Position numbers and translations under genes: made by a program
The notes under the pieces: generated by a model
Database searches by the model: none
Told to the model about the DNA's origin: nothing
Seen by the model: only the letters and a program-made list of their open reading frames with translations
Assembly: GCA_977862235.1 (NCBI GenBank)
Contig: OZ374561.1
Location: 62,001-126,000, forward strand
DNA from: Dudresnaya verticillata
Taxonomy: Eukaryota
Direction of reading: 5' to 3'
DNA: 64,000 nt
Part shown: in pieces, positions 10,380 through 21,143 of the stretch
How positions within the stretch are numbered: position 1 is the stretch's first letter
Layout of the letters: the number at the start of each line of letters is the position of its first letter

Positions 10380-11474
10380 TCAGGCAAAGTCATACTTATA
10401 AGGAATGACTACCGGGTTCTTAAGCGTGCCCAGCGGTCTACGCCAAACTTCCAGCTCGTCCTCCATGTACTTTTTCTGTTCGACGCTTGGGTTGTTGAGG
10501 TAAGCCCATTTCGCGCCATTTGGAATTTCAAACATCCAACCACCACCCGCAGGAGTGCCCCTTGCTTGAAACTCAAAGTAGCCCAGCAATTTGTTGGTAG
10601 GAATGGACGAATATGCCTTCTCACCTGGGCGCCAGTTTGTGGAGAGACGAAGTTGCTCCACCTCGCAATCGAAACCGGTCGTCCCGGCCACATCAACAGC
10701 CCATAAATAAGCCTTCCCGGTGTGGCCGCGGGGGAAGACTGTAGCCCCGAAAAAGTTTCGGCTAACACTTATGGTGGTCTCATTGAACATGTCATGGTTC
10801 CCGCTCCAGAATCGAGGAGTAGTAGTTCTGTTGATTACGGTACCCTCAATATTGACACCGCGATTGGTTGACATCCAATTCAGATCGAGACGTTGTTGCA
10901 TCATGCCCCTTGTCCTGATACGATTGATGTCATCAGCCGTTGTGCCATCAGTGCGAAAGCCAATTCCGTATTGGTTGAAAGGCTGGACCCTCGCCGCAAG
11001 GCGTTTTTCGAAGTGCCCATCCGCTTTTTGGCGCCAAGTAGTTGGCAAAGGTTCCTTATCGTCTTTTGGCAAGGCATATTCGGGATCCAACATAGATGCA
11101 GTGACTGTATTGTAAGCATATTCGTCCGAGACTGCGTTCCAGATTCCATCAATGAACGAAATCTGCAGGGCGGCAGACCTGTTGCGAAACATCTTGACAG
11201 TTTCATTTCCCAAGGCATTTACATAGCGCTTGTCATCTGATCGAGACCGCATTTGAAGAGCGGAAAGTAGCTTCTCTGCTGTAGTCTTTAAGACTTGTGG
11301 GGAACCTTTAGGATCTTCGTCATGAAGAAGCGACTCTCCTCCAGGAAAAAACTTTGTCGCTGGTGAATATGTTGTTTTCGCAGGGATATATGCATTCTCC
11401 TTGTGCACTTCAAGTATTGGTTTTGCGAGGTCTTCCTCCTTCAAACCTGACTTGCCCAAAGTGTTCATGTTCAT
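10380..11474 (-). CDS. Putative R-S-E-type mono-ADP-ribosyltransferase-like protein (364 aa, intronless)
   Basis: GFRTDG (R174), ISVSRN (S236-x-S238) and WRPGEKAYSSIPTNKLLGY (E285 followed by IP...LG) occur in the order and spacing of the cholera/heat-labile/pertussis/pierisin ART motifs YRADSR, VSTS and EQEV...IP..QI.GW. Confidence 0.65.
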   Translation of the reverse strand: MNMNTLGKSGLKEEDLAKPILEVHKENAYIPAKTTYSPATKFFPGGESLLHDEDPKGSPQVLKTTAEKLLSALQMRSRSDDKRYVNALGNETVKMFRNRSAALQISFIDGIWNAVSDEYAYNTVTASMLDPEYALPKDDKEPLPTTWRQKADGHFEKRLAARVQPFNQYGIGFRTDGTTADDINRIRTRGMMQQRLDLNWMSTNRGVNIEGTVINRTTTPRFWSGNHDMFNETTISVSRNFFGATVFPRGHTGKAYLWAVDVAGTTGFDCEVEQLRLSTNWRPGEKAYSSIPTNKLLGYFEFQARGTPAGGGWMFEIPNGAKWAYLNNPSVEQKKYMEDELEVWRRPLGTLKNPVVIPYKYDFA

Positions 11475-12556
11475 TTTGACTTCGAGGGTTGTCCAAAGAG
11501 AGTAGAAATTTCTCGTTTTCCTTCTTCCTCACACGAATTTTGTTTCGTTGGTAAAGAAGCGGATGAGTCTGTGCGGAGTCGCGCCCAGGAGTTGGTTTCA
11601 CAATTTTGCTCATATAGTGGATAAGAAGTCGATTTGAGCTTTCGTGCTGATCACGACTTGGTGCTTTTGCAAAAGAGGATTCTGTAATGATCACTGCATA
11701 AACGAATATCGTTAAGAGAAGTGGAATAGTGGGAATAGGATTGAAGAAAGAACAGAACCGCAGTGCAGACCAGACGCTGCTCGCTGCAGCTGCAAGGGAG
11801 GCATCTGGTGTGTTGATGTAACACAGCCGAAAGGTTTATTTGACGGCTTCCACCGCTTATCTTCCGCCACTGGGAGTCGTGCGTCTTCCCACGTTCCTCT
11901 CGGTTCCAAAGCAATGACTACCCAGCCGTTGTGGACACAAGGAATCGTATGTACTTGACAGCAGTGCATTACTACCCTCGTTGCCGTCTTCCATGAAAAT
12001 GTGATACGGCTGCATCGAACGCGTTGCCCTGACTATCTTCTTCCAGCATACTATTCATGCTCATCCAGTCGTAGGGTTTTCTGTTTTTGCATCCTTGCGT
12101 TGCTCAAAATCAATCAATCCTTTATCTTTGCTGTAGTATTCGAATAGTAAAGAAATAAGAGGAGAGGACGATATAAAACGGTTACTCGTCCACTATGAGC
12201 AACCCAAGCTGCAACATTTCACAAATATATACGCATCCGTCTTTTTACACTTCTACTGTACATATTATATCTTGCTCACTGCTGCGTACTGTACTAAGGA
12301 AAGAGCTGAGAGGGGCAAGATCTACGACTCTCTTTCCGAAAACTTGAGAGGGCGCCCTTCCTTTGGCGGAGAGGTCCGCTATAGAAACGTTGCAGGATGG
12401 ACCGCCCATAATGGACAGAGCAAAGGCAGTACATACTGATCACATCTAGCCTTAGCAGCAGTACGAGTTTCCACAACTCTTCTCTCAGCAGCTAGCAAGC
12501 GACAATCGAGTCTAGACAATAATGGCAGCGCTATAATGTCCTTCTCACGGGGCCCT

Positions 12557-14152
12557 TTACCAATGGGCTCCAATTTCATCGTCTTTTTCATCACCTTCGT
12601 CTTCTCGTACAGGTTTTGCCTGACAAACATTTCTGGGATCAGCACATCGCAGCAGTAGCGAGGCAAACACCCCTGAGCACGCCAGTGATGCGAGTAGCAT
12701 GAAGCTCTGAGTGTAGTTTCCAGTGTTGTCACGCAGCATGCCTGCGACCAAGTGTACCATCGCCAGACCGGCGTTTTCGAAAGCCTTGTAGAGTCCGAGA
12801 GCAGTTGGTATTACGACGTCATCAACGATCAATGCTAATAGCGACATTAGCGTCACGGGAGCTGCTGCAAATCCGGCTGCAACCATGCTTAATCCAAGGA
12901 TAACTGGTTCCAGACCATTGAGCATTTGTGACGATGGATTCACAGCTGCTGCACAGATAACGAGTCCAAAGGATATCAGAGTGCAGGAAGCGCCCAGGAT
13001 AAAAGCGCGCCTCCCGATGCGGTCTTGTAGTATACCGAGCACCGGAGAACTTAGCCCAGCAATCAAGACCAAGGAACCAGTAATAAGGCCTGAAACAGAA
13101 ACTCCATAGCCGAAGTGCGATGAAAACGCATCAGGTGCAAAGTGCAACAAGGAGAAAACAGACGCAGCTACGCAGAACCATAGGTAGCATACGATCCAAA
13201 AACCTAGCGACAAAGAACCTAAGGATTCAATTAGATGTCCTCGAGAGCTGGTGGTGTCACGATACGCATTCAGATACGGCCTGCCATGAGGGGTCATAGT
13301 TGCTGAAGATGTTATGCCAATTTCGAAGCGGCGATCAAGTTTGAAGCGGGTTTCGAGAATTGTGTACATTATTGTAGCGATAAGCGGCGGGACACAGATC
13401 ACGGCCGAGACCCACATAGAGGCGCGTAGGCCAAACTGGTCTGACAAGAATGCAGGGAGCGAAAGTCCGGCAAACGAGGAGAGCCTACTGACGAACAACA
13501 TAATGCCGTAGGTAGAGCCGATGTCATGCTTGAAGCACTGCGCAACCATGCTGCCCTGCAAAGTCGTCAGAGTGCCGTCTGCGATGCCGAAGAGAAACCG
13601 TCCGGCTAGCAAGGACGAGTAGGACTTTCGCTCGACGGCAATTGCGCATAGGATACTGGAGACGAAGATGCAGGATGAGAGGGCGATAGCGGCAGGTCCA
13701 TATGGGATGACAGTTAGGAGGACTCCTCCCACGATTGGTAGAATGACTCCGGGCAGTGCTTGTGATGAGAAAAGAACACCAAACTCTGTTCGTTCGACCT
13801 CGAGGCTGGCCATTATTTGTGGCCCTAGACTGGAGAGGCTATGCCTTCCGTAGTGAGATCCGATTGTTAGGACTGAGACCAACACGAGGAGGATTGTCTG
13901 CAGCTGCAAAGTCCCCACACTTTCCGCAGCGCGTCCAATATGCTCTTCTCGGGGCCGAGAGATGGCACTATAGGACGGCACGTTGTCGCCCATTGGTAAG
14001 CTCAGAAAATCGCGGCACCGTGCTGAAAAAATGCCTTGCAAGGCCTCAAGGAAGCCCTGGGACTCAGTTACGAACGCCTCTCTTGAGACCGGATGGTCTG
14101 GATCATGACCAAGACTACGACTTCTATCTGTCATCCATAGGTAGTTTTTCAA
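12557..14152 (-). CDS. Major facilitator superfamily transporter (MFSD1-like); true start may be a downstream Met
   Basis: About 12 hydrophobic helices, GRFLFGIADG, and motif A GILQDRIGRR. Confidence 0.9.
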   Translation of the reverse strand: MKNYLWMTDRSRSLGHDPDHPVSREAFVTESQGFLEALQGIFSARCRDFLSLPMGDNVPSYSAISRPREEHIGRAAESVGTLQLQTILLVLVSVLTIGSHYGRHSLSSLGPQIMASLEVERTEFGVLFSSQALPGVILPIVGGVLLTVIPYGPAAIALSSCIFVSSILCAIAVERKSYSSLLAGRFLFGIADGTLTTLQGSMVAQCFKHDIGSTYGIMLFVSRLSSFAGLSLPAFLSDQFGLRASMWVSAVICVPPLIATIMYTILETRFKLDRRFEIGITSSATMTPHGRPYLNAYRDTTSSRGHLIESLGSLSLGFWIVCYLWFCVAASVFSLLHFAPDAFSSHFGYGVSVSGLITGSLVLIAGLSSPVLGILQDRIGRRAFILGASCTLISFGLVICAAAVNPSSQMLNGLEPVILGLSMVAAGFAAAPVTLMSLLALIVDDVVIPTALGLYKAFENAGLAMVHLVAGMLRDNTGNYTQSFMLLASLACSGVFASLLLRCADPRNVCQAKPVREDEGDEKDDEIGAHW

Positions 14153-14597
14153 TCTCTCTTGCAGCTACATGTTCCTGTTGGTTGTGTTCGGCTCGTTTCT
14201 TTTCCATGTGCACAAGTTGACGGAAGTGGGATGTGGAGCGCGGTGAGCGGGAAACGGAGATTTCCACCACAGAAAGCTTTGGACCAGCGTAACCTTGCAC
14301 TGCCTTGTGGGGTTGTGACCCCACGGACGCCGGAGATCGAATGCCGATTCGGCTCTTCACTTTCGTTGATCGATCACAGCATTGGTCGTTAACTGCTTCT
14401 CAGAAAAATTTCAGGACATTTTTACTGCTGCGATTTTGTTGGCTGTAGCAGTATTCAGGGTTCGTATGAAGCTCCAGCAAGAAGCGCAACAGTGCATGAT
14501 CCACGCGCTTCAGAAGGCCTCCGACTCTCCAGTGTGCTGCAGGTCCTGGAAAACTCTCCGAACCTAGAGTTCAAAGAAGCTCCACCTCAACTAGACA

Positions 14598-15530
14598 ATG
14601 CCTGCTGACCAACATGATGTCCCTCCTTCGGGTGCCATGTGCTTGAAACCACCCGCTCAACTCCCTGCGAAATGGATCTTGGTGTGGCCTTCCGTATCTG
14701 TCGGGAACGATGCGCAGCTCGCAATGGATCTACTGCTAGCGTCATTGCCCTTCGATCACCTTGGACACCTCCTCACCTGTGATGTGCTACCCTTCGCCGC
14801 TTTGTCTCCAGCTGTGCCACATCACAAAACAAGCCTGGTTACCGGGCTGGAAGTGTACAAGCTCAATGACTCCAACAAGGATGTCATCGTAGTACAACAG
14901 AGATCTCCCTCCGCCAAAGGACGCGCTGCTACGCTAGCGAAAACCGTTGTGGAATGGGCGAGGAATAACGGCTGTGTCGAGCTTCTGGTGCTGTCGAGTG
15001 CCCATTCGGCAGGTCTGCAAGGCAGGCCGATGTCGAGTCTTCAGCAGAATGCAACGGCTTGGGCTAAGTTTCGCGTTGCTGCTAGCACTGCTGCTCTGGA
15101 AGGGGAGACCTTCAGATCGCGGGCAGTCAACTTGCCGATGCCTGTTTTGGAGAGTCTGGACAATGATCCGCGGGGTTGGTCGTCCACCGTTCAAAGTAAT
15201 GTTGACTTAGACCTTCTTCGCACAGGTGATAATATCCCGCGATTTCTGCCCACTGCTCGGAAAGGAAGCTTTGTGAGGACGGCGCTTGAGGAATGCGAGG
15301 CGAAAGGGATCCCAATGACTACAGTCATTCACTTCGTGCATGAGGGAGACAATGCTCAAGACGCTCGGACGTTGGCGTCTGCTACGGCTATTCTTCTCAG
15401 AATCGCTTCTGGTGTACAACAACCGTGCGAAAATGAGGACCCTTCGGTAGCTCTGGAGTATTTCAATACCGTCTGGAAGTCGCCAACGTCCTGGTACGAT
15501 CCCGGTGAGGTACCGCAAGGCTTGTTCTAG
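14598..15530 (+). CDS. PSMG2: Proteasome assembly chaperone 2 (PAC2 family)
   Basis: LVWPSVSVGNDAQLAMDLL, VVQQRSP, FVHEGDNAQDA and WKSPTSW match PAC2 motifs. Confidence 0.85.
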   Translation: MPADQHDVPPSGAMCLKPPAQLPAKWILVWPSVSVGNDAQLAMDLLLASLPFDHLGHLLTCDVLPFAALSPAVPHHKTSLVTGLEVYKLNDSNKDVIVVQQRSPSAKGRAATLAKTVVEWARNNGCVELLVLSSAHSAGLQGRPMSSLQQNATAWAKFRVAASTAALEGETFRSRAVNLPMPVLESLDNDPRGWSSTVQSNVDLDLLRTGDNIPRFLPTARKGSFVRTALEECEAKGIPMTTVIHFVHEGDNAQDARTLASATAILLRIASGVQQPCENEDPSVALEYFNTVWKSPTSWYDPGEVPQGLF

Positions 15531-15876
15531 TTCCTTGAGCTGTTTAAGATATTCTAGGCGTCCCGACCGTCACGTCCTAGGATTCAATCGTAATGGCCAT
15601 ACAGTCTTTGCGATACAGCAAGAGTGATTTATTCAGCTCGGCACTCCTCGTTGAAACTAACGCAAGGCAGGAATGACTATATTACGGCTCGAACAGGATG
15701 CGAATATGGGCTTGGATGAGAAAATTGCTGTTGTCGTGCGCAAACGGTAAGGTGCTTACAAGAACAGGCAGAACAGGAAAAGAGGCACTTGCAGGCGTAT
15801 CGAGCTTCAGCGCCACGGTTGCACTCGCAAGGATACACCGACGTTGCTCTCAAATGCGAGAGTAATGTCATCGTTC

Positions 15877-17607
15877 TTACGCAGTCACCGCTTTGTTGGC
15901 TTGGCGCCAGAGTACTGCCTTCATTACTGCAGCACGGAGCCCGTAATATGGCAACTCGTAAAACAAGTTCCTCGCAAGACCCCTTGAGCCTTGGGTGTTG
16001 TACACTACCTGCAAAGTTTCCAGGGCTGCAGAGATCCCAATCTTTGTCATGTCTCGGTGCACAATGGGATCGGCATTCCACGGGTCGATTTGGACCATAC
16101 GATCCTTGTAGTGGGCTCGGTAAAATCGCGCAGAAGGTTGACGGTTCATCATACATGCTGAGAAACTGAATGTGGAATTGGATATCGCGAGCACGTCACA
16201 CTGAGTCAATCCGAACCAATCTGGGAAGAATCCTGCCTTCAAGTGCTTGTATGCTGGAGGCATGGAAAGGCCGATAGAGTCTGCTGTGATAGGTGAGTAT
16301 TCCGCAAAGTCCTTCAGGACAGCGCCAAGATCATCCGAGGCCACGAACAATACTGGATTCTCAAGCGTTGGCCACACCTGCGCAAGCCACTCAAGATACC
16401 AGGAAGTTGGCGCACAGTACCCGAATGAACTGGCTGCAATGTTCTGGTAGTCCCCTAATCGCAAGTGCAACCCCACGACGGTATGCCTCTTTCCATTACG
16501 ATATCGCAGCTTCGTATGGAAAGCTTCTTCAAAATGTTCCTTCAGCCCTTGGACCGGAGAGATGACATCCTGAATAAGATCCTTGTAGGGTGCAAGATGA
16601 GATGTGTGCCACTGATACCATCCCCACACATCCACATTTATATGCGGGGCGGAAGCCCCGAAACGCTTGGCGTCAAGGACTTCAGGTGTCAATTCTGGGA
16701 CCACCTTGCCCGAGTTGGAGTTCTTCACATAATCAATGAAGTCTGTTGTAAATGTCGAATTTGCAAGAGTGCCCCGAAACTCCACAACGGGCGGAAGAGC
16801 CCTCTGAACGGGGCGGTCATTGCATCCGAACAGACCTGCTCCAACCCACGCTGGAACTTGTATCTCCACAATGTTGTACGCCTTCGCATAGCATTTGAGA
16901 AAAACGTACTGCAACACCTGGTTCCCAAAGCGTCCCAATTCGCCAAACCCGGTCATCGTCACAACGGAGGGCCCGTTGTACGGGGCATCAGCCGGAATAT
17001 CAGGATTCTGAACACTTGCGACCTTGCCGAGGTCAAAAATCCTTGAGATAGCGATCTCAGTTTCTTTCTTGTACGCCAGCTTCTCCGGGTTGACCACAAG
17101 TGTATTGACGGGATCTGCGAGCTGCTTTACCCATCCATCCAAGGAACGGATGCTCACAGGGACGAGCGGTGCACGAGGGGCCGGTACAACAGCCTCGCCT
17201 TCCTCTTTGGCCGAAGTCGGCAGGGGGTCTGGCTTCCCAAAGGAAGGAACGACGGCGTAGGCATCATCATCGTCGCTCGACTCTGTATCATCGGAACCGG
17301 TGTCGATCGGAGTGCGTTTGTCCAGAGCAGCAGCAATGGCAGTGAGGAGCTCAACGGCACGCGGAGAGTAGTTGTCGGCTAGTACGGCATGGAGCTTGGC
17401 CTCGTCGACAGCATTGTCATTGACGTCTGCTCCAGCCTTCTGAAGGAGAAGGGAGCACAGCTCGACACAGGCGTTGACACCGTCAGAAGAACGGGTGGGC
17501 GGAAGGTGTTTGTCGACATGAGCACGCTTGGAGGTGGGCTCGAGAGGCTTGCCGAGGTGGAGATGAGCGCGCTTGGCAAGGAGCTTGCCAATTGCGTCGT
17601 TGGCCAT
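15877..17607 (-). CDS. GT11-like (alpha-1,2-fucosyltransferase family) GDP-sugar glycosyltransferase with long N-terminal extension (576 aa from first ATG)
   Basis: GRFGNQ, VGLHLRLGDY, FVASDD and DWFGLTQCDVLAISNSTFS are GT11 motifs. The first in-frame ATG is at 17607 (MANDAIGK). Confidence 0.85.
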   Translation of the reverse strand: MANDAIGKLLAKRAHLHLGKPLEPTSKRAHVDKHLPPTRSSDGVNACVELCSLLLQKAGADVNDNAVDEAKLHAVLADNYSPRAVELLTAIAAALDKRTPIDTGSDDTESSDDDDAYAVVPSFGKPDPLPTSAKEEGEAVVPAPRAPLVPVSIRSLDGWVKQLADPVNTLVVNPEKLAYKKETEIAISRIFDLGKVASVQNPDIPADAPYNGPSVVTMTGFGELGRFGNQVLQYVFLKCYAKAYNIVEIQVPAWVGAGLFGCNDRPVQRALPPVVEFRGTLANSTFTTDFIDYVKNSNSGKVVPELTPEVLDAKRFGASAPHINVDVWGWYQWHTSHLAPYKDLIQDVISPVQGLKEHFEEAFHTKLRYRNGKRHTVVGLHLRLGDYQNIAASSFGYCAPTSWYLEWLAQVWPTLENPVLFVASDDLGAVLKDFAEYSPITADSIGLSMPPAYKHLKAGFFPDWFGLTQCDVLAISNSTFSFSACMMNRQPSARFYRAHYKDRMVQIDPWNADPIVHRDMTKIGISAALETLQVVYNTQGSRGLARNLFYELPYYGLRAAVMKAVLWRQANKAVTA

Positions 17608-20600
17608 GTTTGCTGGATGTGCTGCGAATGCAGCAGCAGCAGCGGGTATTGCGAGTGGTGTTGTGGACGGTGTGGTGGTGGGACGGTGGGACGGGGGGAC
17701 AGCGGGACGGTGGAGAGGGCAGTGCGGAGGCGAGGATGTGGTAGCGGGGATGAGGCACTCGGCGGCTAATATGGGAGCGTGCCGCCCTGAACCAAAGAAT
17801 GGGCGAAGGTCACTTGGGGGTTCCAGGCCATTCAGCACTCTGTGTGTTGAGACGAGGAATGGACAAGGACAGGGGCAAATTGGGGGAGCGACTGTATCGA
17901 CGGGTTGGCTGGAGAGGGTGCAACAGCGTGTAGGCTGTGGAGGGGGGGACTGGGTTGATTCTGTTGTAGGAGGGAAGGGAGGGGCGGGCTGCTGTGGGGG
18001 CTGGTGCTCTATTTGTATCGGTCAAGCGAGCTGCAGATGCGGGTCGTGCATGTGCATGGAGATGCAGGGCTGGTGGGGCACGATCAAGGGGTAGACATGA
18101 TGCGAGGTTGTTGGCGCGATGTGGAAATTGGTTGATGATGCAGATGGTGCAACATGAGTGGGCAGAAGGCTCGGCGGCGAATCGTCGGATGACTCTGGCG
18201 GGATGGGCTCAAAGAAGCACGCGAAAGAGGGGCATGTGTGGTACACAGCGGCGGCAACGGGTGCGGATGCTGGACGCGGGACGCGGGGCGCGCGCGTCGT
18301 GGCGGCGGGGAATGGCGGCGGAATGCATAGCGGAGAAATGCGTGCGGCGAGCAGCGGCCGACGGCGGCAGCCAGCGACGGCTGCGCGGCATTGCGCGGCG
18401 GGCGCGGCATGTGCATTTGCGAGGCTGCGGCTGTCGGGCGGTGCGCGCGGCTCATGCGGGCGCGATCAGCGGTTGCAGCTCGCGCGCGCGGCAAAACGCC
18501 TCCGCGCAGCCAGCGCGCGATGGAGCGCGGCGGTTGGGCCGCCAACCGCCGCCCACGGACGGTTGTGATCCACCGTTGCGCGCATGTGCGGCCCAAATGC
18601 ACGCGCGCGCTTGCACGCCGAGCACCGGACATGCGGGTTTTTGCAGCGCGCGCGGCGCGACGCGCGCCCCTCGCGGCTCGCCTCTTGCGGATTGTACGGC
18701 AACGGACGCGGCACTCTGCCCGCACATGTGGCGGTGCGGGTTGCGTGCGGCAGCGTTGGAGCGCACGCCGCGTGCTCCACGCGCGGCGCACTTGCGGCTT
18801 CCCGCCAAAATGCGGCGTCTGCAGCAGGGGGCCTCTGTCGACACCCGGCGGCGCTGGTTTCTACCGAGGCACACAACGCGGCCGAATGGCCTGTTGCTGG
18901 CAAAGTTCCAAAGTTGGCACGTCACACCGCGCTCATCCAAAATGACCACACCCTTCACACGAGGCTCCAGCGCCGCGCCTCGAACCGTAACCTAAAACTT
19001 CTGTTCCAGACGCTCGCCTCGGAGGTCGACCCTCCCTGCTCGCCTGCCCCAACGCACACCTGGCGTGTCATGAGTGGCTGCCAGCGGGTCCTCCTCTTGC
19101 AAAACGACGTCTTCGCATCCATCCGCACGGCATTGTCAGGTAGCCATCCCTCGAGCGCCGTCTGCTTGTTTCCAGAGATTGCTGCTGCCATTCCCAGTTG
19201 TCTCATCTGCAGCCGCATCACCAAATCTGCAGTGCAGCTGTACCACACGACATAACTTCGAGGCACGCTTCGAACGCTGCTCCCCAATCTTCCACATTCC
19301 TCATTTACTTCCATACCAAACCTGTTACAGCGCAGCACACACCGGCCCTGCCTCACGCTCGTCGATCCACTTTGAATTCTTTCTCTACGCGACTCGCGCA
19401 GAGGGCCTGCGGAGCAACATCCCCGCTGTGTGCTATACTGGACCACAAAGTTGCCTCCATGCTACAACGTCCCTCGACTGTGAAGGTCACTTGCAGGTGG
19501 AGAGTTCTATACAATGCTTCTGTTGTCTACCATACCAACCCAATATGTTCCGCATTGACAGTGCTAGACCACTACACCAGTGCAAATCTGCCCAGTCGTG
19601 CTTCCAAAGTCCACTGTACACCCTCGCATAAACTGCCTCCAAAGCATCCAAGTCCACCCAGGTGTGGCTTGCCATGTCGCGTCGCCTGGTCCACCAAGCA
19701 GGAGCGGACGGAGCGCATGCGCTCCTGTTCATCTTTTTCTCAAAATATCATAATAGAGTTACTAGCGTTCCGGTCCTTGCTCCACTTGTTCAATCTCTTC
19801 ATATTGCCCGTGTAGGATACCTCCCGGTCGCACACCCTACCCCAAACTTGCGTAAGCAGTTGTATCTATCGCTCGGAAACGAACGCCTCCCGCAGCAGAA
19901 CCGGCTTATGGAACCCTTCCATACCTTCTCTTGCCCGAACAACAGAAACCCGTTATTGCCACTGAGACTCATTAGTGCTTCAGTTCTGATCGACAACGTC
20001 CTGTTGCAGCTACATCTATCGATACTAGGCCCCAAGCTAACTTTTATTCCTAGCCCCACGCAGAACATGCCTAGCAGCCATTTCTTCCGCCCGCAATGCA
20101 CAAACTCTCACAATCTCTCGGCTGTGTCATACATAGCAGAAGCCCCGAGAGCAAGCCCAGCTGAGCTTGTACTGTGTGTCGTGCATAGTAGAGCGTCTAA
20201 TAGCGTCTAATACCCTTGTATGTATGCCCAGATTCACACATTAACCGACTACGAATACATCGAGGTGCTTTGAAATGGCTGCATTCCATACCAAATTGCT
20301 TCGCTGCGCCAACGGTATTCCATTCTCACTGTTTCACGAATATGACCACGCTCGTTGCTTTTTCGCCTTGAACGAAATGGCTGCATCCTTGGCCAAGCTA
20401 AACCTGTTCCGTAGCAACGGTTCCACCAAAGCCTACCGCACAATGTGTGCTGTCTTTTTAGGTATGGTTTTAGGCAACGAAGGAAAGCAGACAAGATTGG
20501 AAGAATAACTGAAGCGGGTTTCAAAACCCTCAGGATGCCATACAGGTGCCGCACAACGAAATGTCACTAGAAGACTCTTCGATTCTGTTTCTGTTCCATT

Positions 20601-21143
20601 TTCCAGAATCCGTTATTGAAGGGAAAGGGAGGCAAGCAAAAGAAAAGAGAGGAAGAGTACAGCACAACCGGCAGCATTACGCCCGAGCATTGCAATCATA
20701 CCTCCCAAAGGTCGCTATGCTTGTCAGCGGCACATGTATGACACAGAGCAGTGAACAGTCGAGTTGCATACCAGCAGGCAAGGCGTGGCAGAATGAAAAC
20801 TGCAGTGTAGCCACATACGGCCTTCCTGGTCAAGACGTTCTATTGCCGAAAATGAGAGCAAGAATGTAGAACCCATTGCGACAGCTACGTTTCAAATGCA
20901 ACCAAGCTAGTAATCAAATCAGATGGGTTTGCGTTTTTTTTATTTTGCATTTGCATATTGGAGAGCGTCAAGCTGCGGCCCTCGGATTATTTTGACTCTA
21001 GAAAGTAGGCGGCAGGATAGAAACCTCCTTTACATTTCCATGCCTAGCGAGGACTATCGTAAACAAGTCTATAGAGAAGTGCGAGCTGTGAGCTGGAAGA
21101 AACGCCTTGCACCGCAGCAGCAAGAAAACAAATAGGGCCCGTT

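Noticed and set aside
17994..18995. 333-aa and overlapping Arg/Ala-rich ORFs
   Set aside because: Stop-poor artefacts of very high GC content; no domain motifs.
19480..20110. Minus-strand peptide fragments (e.g. MEGFHKPVLLREAF, RsmH-like start)
   Set aside because: A stop follows within a few codons and no further methyltransferase motifs appear. May be a decayed gene but cannot be supported.
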